Below, piece by piece: positions 43,991 through 57,004 of a DNA stretch of 64,000 nucleotides. This DNA comes from Thalia democratica. Its lineage: Eukaryota. Position 1 is the first letter of the stretch. Each line of letters begins with the position of its first letter. The position numbers were made by a program, and so were the translations under genes. The stretch covers positions 13,392,001 to 13,456,000 of the forward strand of contig OZ241834.1 in NCBI GenBank assembly GCA_965202585.1, written 5' to 3'. The notes below the pieces were generated by a model. It was not told where the DNA came from. It did not search any database and worked only from the letters and a program-made list of their open reading frames with translations.

Positions 43991-46930
43991 AAACCTTGAT
44001 TACTTTAAAATTAAGATTTGACAGATTTGGATTTTTTTTTTAGAAAATTCGATCCCTATTTCTATTTTAACGCGATTTGGGCTCACAGTGTAACAATAAC
44101 TTGCAAATTTACAAAGACTAAGATTATTTTAGCACAGCAGGGTTTACACTAGAATTTAATAGTTCTTTAGTTAAAAAAGGTTTATTGGAATGTTAAGACA
44201 TTAATATCAATATCAAAATAAAACTTAATATGACTGTTTGATTAGAGTAGTAACTTACAACATCAAAAAGTTTTATCTAAAATATTTACTGTATTTAATG
44301 ATTTTATTACGTAACTAAGAATAATTGTGTTAACTTTATCCTAACTCTACAGTCACGTTTTATTACCAGTTTTTCAAAGTAACAAAAACTAACTACTTTT
44401 TGAATAAAATTTCTACACATAAATTTATTTCTAAAATTAGTTCCATAAGCGTTAAAAATCAAAATAAAACTACTTATGAATTTACTTTTTTGTGTATTTT
44501 TTAGTATTCTTATTTAAGAAGAAAGTATGTTTTTTAACTTAACTTAAACATAATAAAACCAAATCAATTAAAAATAAAGATTCTCAAATAAAAATTAATA
44601 GGTTTTCTCAACTTTTTTTATTTACTCATAACAGATATTTTTTTTTATAATATAAAATTCTTCATTTTCTTTATAGTTTCTTAAGATATATAAAATATTT
44701 AGTTTAAAAACAATGAGCCAAGAGCTTTAAAATTATCAATACAATAAGTTGCAGTTTACGATACTTAAACACATATAGTATTTTTCTACAATCAGGGTTT
44801 CCCAAAGTGGGCCAAGTGGCCCCCTTGGGGGCCATTTGATGAAGTCAGGAGGCCATAAGTCGTAAAGGGGCCAAAGGGGGGGCCATGACACTAGAAAAGG
44901 GGCCATAAGGGAGCCTTTTCAATTTTTGGCCGTCTTTGAAAGTTACGTAAATTTTTGCAACAGCAATTTTAGAATTTTAGTTTTTGGCCCTGGGTTTAGA
45001 TTTAAAATCCACTTTGTGTAAGTTTATTCTAGAAATAGCTTTAGTGCTTAGGTCAGATAACTCAATGTAAAGTTCAATCTTTTGCCAATTTTATTTACAG
45101 TATATGTTTACTTTACAGTTTCAACCAATTAAATTATGAAATTTACAGTCTAAAGATGTTGCTTAAAACAAAGTTAAGCATCAGCTGCTCAGTTTTTAAG
45201 TAATTTAAAACAGTTCAATTTTATAAGGTAAAGTGAATTATTAGATTATTAACTTATCTTATATAGAGAGATAGTTATTTGTGTATCAAAACTGCAACTC
45301 CTACTTGATTCAACATGCTAACTAGGCAATCTCATCAAATGTATTTCAAGTATGTTTTCATATATTTATACTCATGTTTTAGCAAACAATATTTTATTAA
45401 AACTAGTTGTATTTAAAGTTATTCTGAATTTACAATATGATGAATCAGCAAAAAAAAGTTGTTTTTCATGTTATTTTTTATTTTATTTATTAAAGCTTTA
45501 TTCTTTGATTAATTTCTAATATGTATGGGTAAAGTGGGATAGGGATAAGGGTATAAAAAACAATAAAGCTTTAAAAAAGTGTATCGATTCTGTAAATATG
45601 CATATCAGACTGACCTTTAAGTATACTATTCATTAAATTTTAAATTGTAAGTTCTTAGAATTTTTAATAACTAACATAAAACATAACTTTTCAAAATTCA
45701 ATAATGTAAACAACTTTTTTTTTTAAATGTAGATTCTTACTTAAATTAATATAGAAGTTTTTTTTTATGGTTGCCCCTATAAGTTATAAAATTGTAACTT
45801 TCTAGCATATTGCTAATAAAACTATTATATTTTTATAAATAAATGTTGTGTACGTTGGTTTAACTTTTATTTTAAACCAAACCACATTTAAAAAATAATT
45901 TTTAGTTACCTTAACAATTAAGTTGTAGGGTACCATTCTTAACTACCACTCTTATTAAATATTTCCAATAAACTCTGACTAACTCTTTTTTTGGTTAGTA
46001 TGAACCATTTATTATTCTTACACATGTTGCCTTGAGCTTATTTTTTGTACAATTTAAACTTAAGATAATTAAGATTTAAAAAAAATTGTTAAAAGTTGTT
46101 TACAAAATTAATGGTTTGAAGTTCATTACCAAAATGTTTTTCTCCACACTAATCCATTGACCTTAGTTGTAAGTGTTCACATTTTTCTTTCTTACTAATC
46201 TTCATCTATTTTTTAAATCTTTACAATAAACTTTGTATATACTTGTTAGTAATGATAAAAGTGCTAATAACCTATATTATCTATTACCAGTTATAAATGA
46301 GATTTTTTTCAAATTATTTTAAGTATATATGAAATAATATAATAAAAAAAAACTTAATAATATTTGAAAAAGGTTTAAATTTTTTATCACTGAAACCTTG
46401 TAAAAAATATAAGAGTTTATTTTCACCTTTTTTTTATTTAATTAATCTCTTTACTTTACAGTAAATTTGAGCAATATTTTAAAGTTTAGTCAAATAAGTA
46501 TATACATTTTTTTTAAACAAGTCATATGGTGAAATTGAATGTTTTTTAATTACTTCTCAGTTTACTTTACATTACACTTAACATTTTACATACAGGGTTG
46601 CTAAATACTTGGTACACTCAGAATAAATCAGGATATTTTGAAACTTTTGAAAATCTAAGAATGACTCAGGACAGCTTAGGATAACTCAGGGTTTTTTTCT
46701 AACTCAGACTGACTTAGGATAAGTTTAAATAGAATAATAGACTGAACTATTATTTTGAATAATTTAAAAAGATTTAAGATGCCATTTTCAAATTATAATA
46801 TTTTTTGGAAAAGTAAAGTTGCTGTTGTAAACTTATAAATTACCCATGGATTGCTCTTTTTATTCTTCATACAAAATTGTTTAAAACTTTTCAAGATATA
46901 GCTAAAATAAATTTTAAATTATAGTATTTT

Positions 46931-49271
46931 TTGAAAATAGTTAAAAAAAAAGAACCAGACCCAAATAACAAGTATGTTCAAAAGAAGTGTACACAAAACA
47001 TTGATGACGGTGTATTAACTTTATATTACCTGTCTTTAATAATTGCAAAACAAGGGTTACCTCACACCATTGGGGAAAAAGCATTTATTCCAGCCATAAG
47101 AACAGTACTTGAAAAAGTTCTACATATCAAAAACATCAGCAATGTTCTACGCATAATCCCATTGAGTAACAACACAGTTAAACGACGCATTGATGAAATG
47201 GGAGAATGTGTAGAAAAAAAACTAATTACATTGATGTGTACCAACTTATTTTCCATACAAGTTGACGAGTCTATTTTGCTTGGAAATAAGTGTCTACTTC
47301 TTTTATGTGTACGAATGGTAGTTGGTGACAAAACCTATGAAGAATTAGCTATATCTCAGCTAATGGAAACCCACAGCACAGGCCAACTTGTTTTCAATAA
47401 GATCAAAAACTATTTTGAATCTAATAAAATACCTTTAGAAAACATCATAGGTATTGCAACAGATGGTGCTCCCTCCATGGTTGGTAGGCATGTTGGATTA
47501 ATCACGTTTTTTAAAAAGGTTAATCCTAATTTATTTACAATTCATTGTGTAATCCATAGGCAACATTTAGTTGCTAAAAAATTAAGTAATCATCTACACA
47601 CCTCATTGAATTTAGTTATTAAAGCTGTGAACAAAATTAAAAGACATGGTTTGCAAACTCGTTTGTTTAAAGAGCTTTGCAATGTCAATGAGGAGGAGTT
47701 TGACAACTTAATCATACACACTGAAGTCCGATGGTTATCAAAAGGAAACTGCTTGGAAAGGTTCTTAGCAGTTTTTGATACAGTAATTGAATTTTTTTCT
47801 ACAACAAACAGTGAATTACAGTAACCTCTCGCTTATTTACGCACATTGTGTCCACAGAAAAAGTGCGTAAAGATATGAGAGATCGTAAAGAAACGAGAGG
47901 TACCAATTATACTCACTAAAATAGCTGTTTTCAATATTGCTTCTAGTTAAAAGCAAACTGGGCACTTTCCCATTTTAAACAATTTGTTTACTTTATTTAT
48001 AAATGTAAAAACAACAGATAAAACTATACATATATAAAAAAAGGATTTGAATTTCTATAAAATAATAATACGAACAGAAACAATTTTACTATTTTAATAA
48101 TAAGTAGAAATTATCTTTATCTTTATTTATATGTGACATTTATACTTTATTCTACTTAGCAAATTCAATTTATAATTAATCATTTCTTTACAATTATAAA
48201 ATGGTATTTGAATGTATCAAGATGTACATTCTTTGTGTTTTAAACTCTCATTATTTCATTATACTTTCATAATTAAAAACAGTCATTTTTATTTCAGAAT
48301 TTTGATTTAATTTCTTATTGTTTACAAAATTTCTGATATACTGAGGTATAAATAAATGTTTATCAATTAGTCAAGGAACATAAATTTACAAAGTCTAAAG
48401 ATATAGAGAGGTGTGTTAGCATTCATAAACATATTTTAATTTAAAATTATGCATTAAACCTAATTTGTACAATATTAAAAAAATTAAAAAAAATTATTTT
48501 CTAAATTTTATAGAATTCTGAAATGCGTAACTAAACGAGAGTGCGTAACGTCACGAGTGCGTAAAGATCCGAGAGGTTACTGTATCAATTAAACTGCAAG
48601 AAAGAAAAATTGTCATAGCATACTTGTCTGACCTCTAAGGAAAATTTAATGTTCTGAACAAACTCCTACAAGGAAAAAATTTAAATATCATAAAAGTCAA
48701 GGCTAGTCTAACCAGCTTTACAAACAAACTGGAACTGTTTGAAAGAAACTTTAAAAAAGATCAATTCTGCCAGTTTTCAAGCTTAGAAAACTTAAAACAT
48801 CAGCTAAGTAAAGATGAGGTAGAAATTTATACATCCCACTTAAAAGAGCTAAAACTTGATATAGTTCACAGATTTAAAGATATATTTCAATTAAATGTTC
48901 CAAATTGGATAGTAAGCCCCTTTGAAGCAAGTCTTGATGAAGTAAAAGTAGAATTACAAGAAAAGTTCATCGAACTAGTTGCTGATCCTGAGCTTAAAGT
49001 AAAGTTTTTGCGATTTGGGTATGAAAGTTTTTGGTTGCAAGAAAAAGTTAGACAAGAATATCCAGATATTTGTGAGGAAATAAGTCTTTTATTCATTGCA
49101 TTTCCTTCTAGCTATGTAGTTGAAAAAGCTTTTAGCTTAGTTATAAATGTCTTAAATAAAAGATCAAATTTAGACATATCCAAAGTAGGAGACTTGAGGT
49201 TGTATCTAACTGAATTAAAACCAAACATAGAGAAGTTAGCCAGTAGTCATCAAGCTCATCTTTTACATTGA
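46931..49271 (+). pseudogene. Buster/Charlie (ZBED5/ZBED8/SCAND3-like) transposase, disrupted
   Basis: IIAKQGLPHTIGE, FSIQVDES, IATDGAPSMVG, HCVIHRQHL, HTEVRWLSKGNCLERF, IAYLSDL*, FPSSYVVEKAFS. Interrupted by the MITE at 47819..48582, one stop and frameshifts. Confidence 0.9.
47819..48582. mobile_element. pogo/Tigger-like MITE inserted in the transposase ORF
   Basis: TA|CAGTAACCTCTCG ... CGAGAGGTTACTG|TA. Excision restores ...NSEL-SIKLQERK... in frame. Confidence 0.9.
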
Positions 49272-50376
49272 ATGGTAGGAGCAGACCAAACTTACTGTAA
49301 GTTTTTTTTAATACAAGAATTAGTAAATGTTTTTATTCGAAATAGATGTTTCTAGTGTACATTTATAAAAAAGTTTTACATATAATTTTGCAGTTTGATA
49401 TTGTTATGTTTATAGTATTTAAAATAAGCTTTTCCAATGTACCTATGAACAAAAAGAATTAACTATATGAGTTCCTTTTTTTTTTTTTATTTGCTTAAAA
49501 TATTTCAATCTGGTTTAAAAAAGTTAGAAAAAAGTTACAGCATAGTTGACTAAAAATTATAAAAATGTTATTATATACAGAGAGATTTGTCATTATATAT
49601 ATAACATTGATTAAAGTATTCTAATCAAGCAAACATTTTTTTTGATTTTATAACACATTACTTAGTTTACTGGTTGAAATGTCAAGAGTTTTTTTTTTGA
49701 TTATTTATTTTCAAGTACAAATTAAATCAGATTTTAATTGTTTTTTGACTTATTCTAAAAACAATTTTTATATTGATTTTATATAATTATAGTACTATTC
49801 ATATATAAGACCACATAGAATGTTTACTTATGAATTTAAATAGAATTGTTTTTTACAGTTTTAGTTCAGCTTTTATTTAACTAGTATGGTTGCCACACAA
49901 TCAGACCACCTCAAATGTTTTGAAATTAAAAAATTAACTCAAGCTGGTTTGAACTTGAAAGTTTTATTTTAAATTTTCTTATTTGTCACATTTTTTCTTA
50001 TTTTTATTCTTTTAAGCATTTCTTTTTCAAATTTTGGCTGTTAGTTTTTTTTTCAAATAATGACCAGGTCAGTTTTTAATCAGTCGTGATGATTTTACTT
50101 TATTTTCAAGAGTGGCAACCCTCACTTAATTAAGACCAGTTTTTTTCTTGTTAAGTTATCTTAATTAGGTATTTAAAATAGCTAGATTTATAAACTAAGT
50201 ACAAATTCAACAGTCTTTAGCAAGCGAACTAGCCACATCAACTAGTCTACAGCAACGTAACTAGACAATCCAGCAATCAACACCTTAATAAGCAGTTGGC
50301 CTATCCAGAGAAAAGTGTCATCTAATTTTATAACTCGATTATGTTTTATGTTTGTTAAATAAACTAATAATTTCAT

Positions 50377-50490
50377 TGTCCTGGACAAGACGTTAAACTG
50401 TATCCAAGTATTGTACAACGCGATTACCGAAAGGTTTTTTCAAATACTAGTACATTGGACTAAGTATTTTTGAGTTTTTTTTTTTCATTC
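50377..50490 (+). repeat. Structured SINE-like element (diverged copy inside the Buster element)
   Basis: TGTCCTGGACAAGACGTTAAACTGTATCCAAG...GATTACCGAAAGGTTTTTTC. Confidence 0.7.
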
Positions 50491-51899
50491 CACAGAATAT
50501 TAATTTCTTTGCAATTTTTATGTTACAACCATTAAAAGTATCAAAATGTTTTTGATTAACGTTTCATTTTCTAAATTTGATATATAAGGTACGAATTAAA
50601 TTATTTAATTTGTTGCAACTAACATTTACAAAGACATTTCAAATTAATAATTGTATTTATTCCAAGTTTTTATTGTGATAGAGTGGCTTTTATTTAAACA
50701 ACATTTTTGTTACTATGAAAATTACTTATTACAACCAGATGTAATGTCAGCGTTAGAAGCGAATTAAGAATTTGAATGAGTCACCTTTAAAATTCAAAAA
50801 TAGAGTCTTTTAGTAACAGTGGTATTACGCTGAACTTATTAGAATGCAACCTATTCGTTTATAAACGAATAAAAAATGTGCACAATATAATTTAGTGAAG
50901 CCATATTGTAGGGGGGCCATGGCCTTTTAAATTTACTCGAAGGGGGCCATTAGAAAAAAAGTTTGGGAAACCCTGTTCTACATTAACAAACTATAAAAAT
51001 AACAGCTTTTGAATAAGAAATATGTCAAACTCATGTGATAGCATCAATAGACAGCTTGCTAGAAAATTTAATATTTATTTTTGAAAGTAGTCACTTTAAA
51101 GCGAGATTAAATAAATCAACAACCTAAGTGCACAATTGACTGTAAAGTTTGTTAAAATAGCTAACAAAATAAGTAAAGCTATATTAAGTTGCAAGCTTAT
51201 AAGTCTTCAAATTCCCATTTACTTTCTTTTACGTTATCAATCAATCTAAAGGATTGGTCTTTACAGAATTTGGCATGAAAATTCAAATCTTGTGGTTTCT
51301 TAGTCTCACATACCTTGTTGATATCTCTTTCAAAAAACTTGCTGACTTCTTCCACACTCTTTTGTAAAATTTTTTGTACACTTTCGAAATGGGTTTTGGT
51401 AATTCTGTCTTTGAGGTAGTGGCAAAATACATAGGAGTACACCAGAGTGTTGCGACCTTTCTTCAAAGACTCGCATGCCTGGATGATATATTTTCTTTTA
51501 AACCAGTTAGTAGACCTTTTACTACTCTTGTAATCATCTTCCTCTTTTTTTTTTTTTATAATCTGCTACTTTTTTTGATGCATTTTACTTACTTCATATT
51601 CATATTTGACCGGCTTTTTTTCAAACCTCTCATAGACGCTCTCCATGATGATCTTGCTCTCGATTTCTAGACTGCTCTTTTGCGCGTTATACATCCAAAA
51701 ATATCTCACGTACATTTATTGCACCACTCGTTGATCCGTAACGTTTCTGTTTTTTTTTTAGCGCTTAAATACAAAAATAACATTAATATGTCTTCATATT
51801 TTATATAGCTTTTTTTAAGTTAACAGTATTAAAATCTAAAACTTAAGAAACTATAATAGACTATAAAAGTCTCTAGCTAGACAATAACAAGGAGCTCGA

Positions 51900-52560
51900 A
51901 CAAACGTTAGCGATTATAGAATGACGATACGTTTCTAGCATACGTTTATTGATACAACCGAGGTTTCACTGGTAAGCAGCTCTTCAGGTACAATAATAAA
52001 ACGGTAATCTAAATCACTTTATATGTTCAGAGATAGGAAGGTAATTAGAGGTGATTAGAGATACTTTAAAAAGTATTTATAAGTATTAGTAGTTCTAGAC
52101 AAAAATTTAATTAAAATACAACTAAATCAAGCATTTTCGACGAAATGAAAAAAAATTAAATGAAGTAAGTAAGTTTAATTAACAGGTGATTTAAAAAACA
52201 TAAACTATCAATAAATAAAATAAGGTTAAATTGAGTTAGAAATAGCACCATCTGAATTGGGGGCACGAGGCAGCGAGCTCTGTTCGCTGATTTCATGAAA
52301 TTTCTCTGTTAGACTCTGCGATGGCTATTCTTTCTAAATTACAAATAGTACACGCTTCTGGTTTATAGAGTTTTTTTTGCACGTGGATTTATGCATGATG
52401 GTCCATGAGATGTTAGTATGATTCAAGTGTTTTTCTTTATATATGCCGACAACGTTGTTTGTGTAAATTTGTTAGGCTTCAGGCTGGATTTGTGCTGGTT
52501 ATATCTGGTCTTAAAGGATACACCAGTTGAGTTTAGAAATAAACTTTTAGTCTATAAAAA
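51900..52560 (-). mobile_element. Penelope-like (Neptune-type) retroelement 3' fragment: GIY-YIG endonuclease end + pLTR hammerhead
   Basis: 52236..52555 translates (with frameshifts) to STGVSFKTRYNQHKSSLK...TTLSAYI...ISWTI...CTICNLERIAI...NQRTELAASCPQFRWCYF*. HHR and AATAAA follow downstream. Confidence 0.75.
51952..51991 (-). ncRNA. Minimal type I hammerhead ribozyme of the Penelope-like fragment
   Basis: Minus strand GTAC-CTGAAGA-GCTG-CTTAC-CAGT-GAAA-C-CTCG-GTT^-GTAT, then CAATAAA. Confidence 0.7.
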
Positions 52561-54114
52561 TAATTCATTTTGGATTAAAACTTTTTTCTTTTTGATATTG
52601 AACTTACCCAACTATAAAGTAATAAACCTTGCACTCGTGTGATCCACCGAGTGAACTATCCTTGAAGCAGACCCAAAATTCGAGCACTCGATGTGGTTGT
52701 ACCTTTCGTACTTTTCTATCGGCACCTTATATTTCGGGCAGTCTTTGGTGTTTTCTGCTATCCACTTGTCCGTTTTGCTAGTTTCCTGGTTCTTCTTCAA
52801 CCACTTTTTTATCTGCTGGCAATTTACAGGTACATGCCACGCGTTTTTGCACGAGAAGCAGCTCTGGTGTTTATTCGAGGACTTAACTTTGTAGTCGTCT
52901 GAGATGTTTAACGCTCTAAAGACCAGACTGCAACCCGGTTCTGGGAAACCAATCGATTTTTTGTTGTTAATAACGTAAGACTGCCGTAGAAAGCTTAGAT
53001 ATGTTGAACGTGAGTCTTCATCGTTTAGTATCATATCAAGTACAGTTTCCGATGACAAAAAGTACTCGCAGTTTTCGCCTGGACAACATATATTAATATA
53101 TCTACTTTTAAAACTTTCAACTATTGAGTATTTTAGACATTCCATACAGTCAAATGTTCACAGACTAACTGTTTTGTACTTTTTATTGGAACTAAGAGAA
53201 GAATTTTTTTACATTTTATGGGGGAACTGTCCGCTTTCATTAAATGGTTACTATCTTGTATTTCAGTTTTTTCTACAACTGGTTCTTTACTATGTGCTTT
53301 TAATGCTTTTAAAGCTAAATCTATCCCCCTTTCGTGCTTTTGAATCAAAAACATCGCAAGGGCTTTGCTCACGTCTCTTGCTTGGGACCTGAACTTTTCA
53401 ATTTCGCTGTCAATGCTTTTCAAAATGTCACTTTGGTTTAGTTCTTCATAGGCTTGAACTTTATCTTCTCAAGTTTCTGACTTGTTACTGAAATAGATTT
53501 CATCTTCAGTAAATTAAAAAGACAATTTTTGGTGTGACATTTTGCTCTTAGTATATATTAATTACTTTCTGTTTTAAACCTGAAAATAGCTTTATTTACT
53601 TACAGTTTTTAAAAATTAAATAAGTAATCAAACTTAAGTTATAGTCTACTAGTATAAAGTTATAGTGTATATGATTTGAATCGTACCATAGAAGAACTAC
53701 ATAGACCGTTTTAAAATGCTTTTAAATTAAAAACACTAAACTTGTTAATTTATTTAGTCAATTTTAAATTTTATTAACAATAATATGTGCCACTCGCTTG
53801 AAACTAGTCAAACGAGATCTTCAGTTGAATAAAATCTGTAATTTTTTTTATATTAACATGAAGGAAGACATTAGGCTAAACTTGAAATAAAATAAACTAA
53901 AAATAAAAAAGTAAAACAAAAAACTGAATAAAAATTATAGTTTAAATCTACTAATATATGAAAATCATAATGTTATTAGGTTAGTTTATTTTAAATTTTG
54001 AAAAATGTAAGCTAATTAATAATATAATCGTAAAACTCAAACAAACAGTAAGTACAATAACATTTAGCAGCCTTGCGAAATTTGCATAGAATTCTATTTG
54101 ATTAAGATTTTTTT

Positions 54115-54159
54115 AAGCACTTACGAGGTTTTTGACCGAAACTTAGTTTGTGAAATAAA
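54115..54159 (+). ncRNA. Degenerate hammerhead-like motif + AATAAA (family D)
   Basis: AAGCA-CTTACGA-GGTT-TTT-GACC-GAAA-CTTA-GTTTG-TGA-AATAAA; aligns with 22183..22228. Confidence 0.45.
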
Positions 54160-54349
54160 TTTTTGAAATAATAAATTCATTATTTCTCCTCAGTAGTTGA
54201 GATCTCTCTATTTGTTTTCTTAAAACCAAAACGTATAATAAATATATTGATTTCGTACAAAAGTTTTGTTGACTGTAAATTGTTTGTATGCACACTACTG
54301 TTCACACCTAAACAGTGCTTAAAGTGACGAAAAAAAGGTTTTGGAATTT

Positions 54350-54475
54350 GTACTTAAGCCCACTTAGGTAGATCACAACATCGGTTTCTCGCGACTATTC
54401 CTGCCTGGTGAGTCCTAATTAGGACAAAACCGGTCGTAGGATTGTCTCGAATGCTGTTGTTGATCGTGCGCTGAA
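54350..54475 (+). mobile_element. Hammerhead-bearing short repeat (family B), HHR at 54400..54440
   Basis: CCTGC-CTGGTGA-GTCCT-AATT-AGGAC-AAAA-C-CG-GTC^-GTAGG, with palindromic ACCGGT at stem III and two core substitutions. Confidence 0.7.
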
Positions 54476-56772
54476 GTTCATTATTTATTAATTTTTACAA
54501 TAGAAATAAGTATCTTTTTTTACTGGTTTATTTTGTGAAAGCTCGTTTTTCCTGTGTGTTAACCATGGCATATGTAAAATAAATATTTTTATGCTTTATT
54601 TTTAACCATTAGAAAGAATCAAAACACAAAAAAAGGCAATTAATACTGTATTATTGTATGTTCCTATTCTTAATAGAATTAGTTTCGATTAATTTTATTA
54701 CAACGCAAGGCATTATTTAGCTCAACGTTGTTCTATTAAATAAGTTTCAAATGTAGAATAGTACGATTAAATTGCTATACAAGTTTAAGAGGATCAGGGC
54801 TTACACTTATATAAGGCAAAAGAAAGTTAGTCTTAGTGACTAAAGCCTAGCTCATTCAGCCTGGGTTTATTAACATACTTAAAAAAAAATCAAGCTTAAA
54901 TGGAGCTGCTTTTAAAGCCAGTGTGCGTTTTTTAAACTTATATGTATACAATTAACATTACTTTAATTCATAGCATCTTCAGGACTTTGAGTTTTAAATA
55001 TAATTGAAACTGTAATTTTAAAAATACAAACATCATAAATTTTCTTTGCCACTCTTTTAAGCAAGAAAGTCAGCCTGATGATCAAAACCTAGTCGTAGAT
55101 TTTAAAATTAAAAAAGATTCAACTGAATTTTTTTTCAAAAAATCAAAAAGTGCAATTATAAAAAGTTCTCTAAGTCGTATAAAATTGGGAACAAGTGTTT
55201 AAGTGATAATTACCACATGTAAAAAAAATTCCAACTAAAAACTCCAAGGTCGCATTTTATGGTCCCATACAGTTGGCATTGGTGTGGTTTTTAGAATATC
55301 GAATTATCGCCAAGATAAAAGTTTCTTCAAACCATCTACATTTTTACACAGGTTGTTTTTGTGGTATTTATCACTAAAGAAATAGCTTAAATCTCAAAGA
55401 TCACCGTTTTTATAAGCACCTTAGTGTTCAAAAAAATTAATTTTAAGTGCACAGAAAACATGTGTAAAAAAATCAAAACGATTCAAAATCGAATAATTTT
55501 ATCTTATGTATTTTTGTTATTATGTTTCTAACATTAAATTTATAATTAGTGGAAACTATAAAATAGTGGAAATATCTATTATAAAAATTTAGGTTTAAAC
55601 TACATGCTAAACAAAACACTTAAGTTTTAAAGAAATCAAATTTTAGTTCATTACTGTGCAGTACTTTTGTATCAAGTAAAACATTCGCATTTAGTTAATT
55701 TATTTAACCTTTATTTCATAAATAACTTACTGAACCCAAGTACTTTTGATACTTATTTTTAATTTATCAACTGCTGTTGAAAGAAGAAAGTAATAATCTA
55801 ACTAAACTGAGAAAAAACACTGCAAGAAAGCCAATCTGTTTTTTCATATTTTTAAGTCTAAGAAGTGAATTACTTTAATAAGTTTTAAACGTTTTTCAGT
55901 GACTTAAAATAAAAATAATAAATTACATCATTTTACCGAAAAAAAATCAACTTAAAAAAAGTTTTGTTCAGCAGGTTATTTTACATGGTCGCTGGTCACA
56001 GTTTGCCAACCCCTGTTCTAGATACTAAATATTTTTTGTTTCAGAACTAGAAGTTGAAGATAGTTGTAAAAAGCGATATTCAAAATATTAACCAAAATCT
56101 TCTTTTTTTTTTTACTTTTTAATAATTTTTAGTTTTGCTAGTTTGCAAATGGTGAATTATACTAGTTTTTCCAGTCAGTTCATAGACTTAGCTCGTGAAC
56201 TCTGTGTTAATAGTATGTTAAGCATGACTTAAATTAACTCTTTAAAGACAATTAAAAGTTACAAAAAAAGTTTAAAAGATTCAGTTTTATGTTGAAAATT
56301 TCTTAAATTATTATTTTTTAAGCGTTAAAAACTGACAAAATAAAATAAAGACTATTTTGTACAGTTTATTTGTATCATATCAGCAGCATTTAATTGGGTA
56401 TAAGCTATAAACGACAGTTAGCAAGAGCACCAAAACCAGTGTGAAATGATTAAAGACTTGATTTTTATTAAAACTTTGCAAAAAATTTCTAAATAAACAA
56501 CTAAAATATTAAAAATAAATTTACTTTCATTTACAAATTTGTTAAACTTTTTAATTGTACACTTCAATTATTTTAATATCTATTAGAAGAAAACTGTAAC
56601 TCTATGATACTAAAAAAAAGTTACAGTGTTTGCTGATGTATATTGAAAACATATGGTGAAAAAGATCAAAGAAAAAATAACACTGTATATGCCACACAAC
56701 CGAACTATAATTACCTTTTTTATGAAACATGAGTATATGTACCTAATTTAAAACTCAAACACATATTTATGC

Positions 56773-57004
56773 TCAAACGTAGGCTGCTGCCTTCTGAGCT
56801 TTATTGTTAGCAGCCTTTTGTTTTCTCATCATTTCATCTTCTTGCTGATAATAATCACTTGGTGGTGAATCATACTCATCTTGTATTGCGTAATTTCTAC
56901 ATTCTTTGGGTGAAAACCGGGAACTGGATCGTCGAAGATGCCGTGAAATGTTTGTATCACTTTGAGCAACTCTCGAAGTGTCTTTTTTTTGCTTGTAGAG
57001 AGAC
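56773..57004 (-). CDS. Terminal exon of an unidentified gene (C-terminus ...KAAAYV*)
   Basis: Acceptor TATATAG|; 1+231 nt open to TGA; SLYKQKKDTSRVAQ...DEYDSPPSDYYQQEDEMMRKQKAANNKAQKAAAYV*. Phase matches exon 61802..62099. Confidence 0.7.

Larger units (their letters stand above)
44793..50975 (+). mobile_element. hAT (Buster/Charlie) DNA transposon, ~6.2 kb, decayed, with nested insertions
   Basis: TIR CAGGGTTTCCCAAA / TTTGGGAAACCCTG; GGGGCC(AT) subterminal repeats at both ends; TSD TTCTACA(A)T / TTCTACAT, fitting the nnnTAnnn Buster consensus. Confidence 0.85.
51197..53540 (-). pseudogene. Ariadne-type RBR E3 ubiquitin ligase pseudogene (RING1-IBR-RING2-Ariadne domain), apparently intronless, interrupted by a Penelope-like fragment
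   Basis: ATG at 53540. RING1 LVCEH..CMECLK...CPGENC; IBR PEPGC...CFSCKNAWHVPVNC..IKKW; RING2 WIAENTKDCPKYKVPIEK...NHIEC and frameshifted WVCFKD...HEC; C-terminal RNTLVYSYVFCHYL...FERDI. Several stops, frameshifts and lost Cys residues. Confidence 0.85.

Noticed and set aside
47062-47331. Minus-strand ORFs 47062..47331 and 48887..49096
   Set aside because: They are antisense shadows of the hAT transposase.
51374-53392. Plus-strand ORFs overlapping the Ariadne relic (51374, 52418, 52691, 52693, 53174)
   Set aside because: They are antisense to recognisable RBR or GIY-YIG coding sequence and have no independent motifs.
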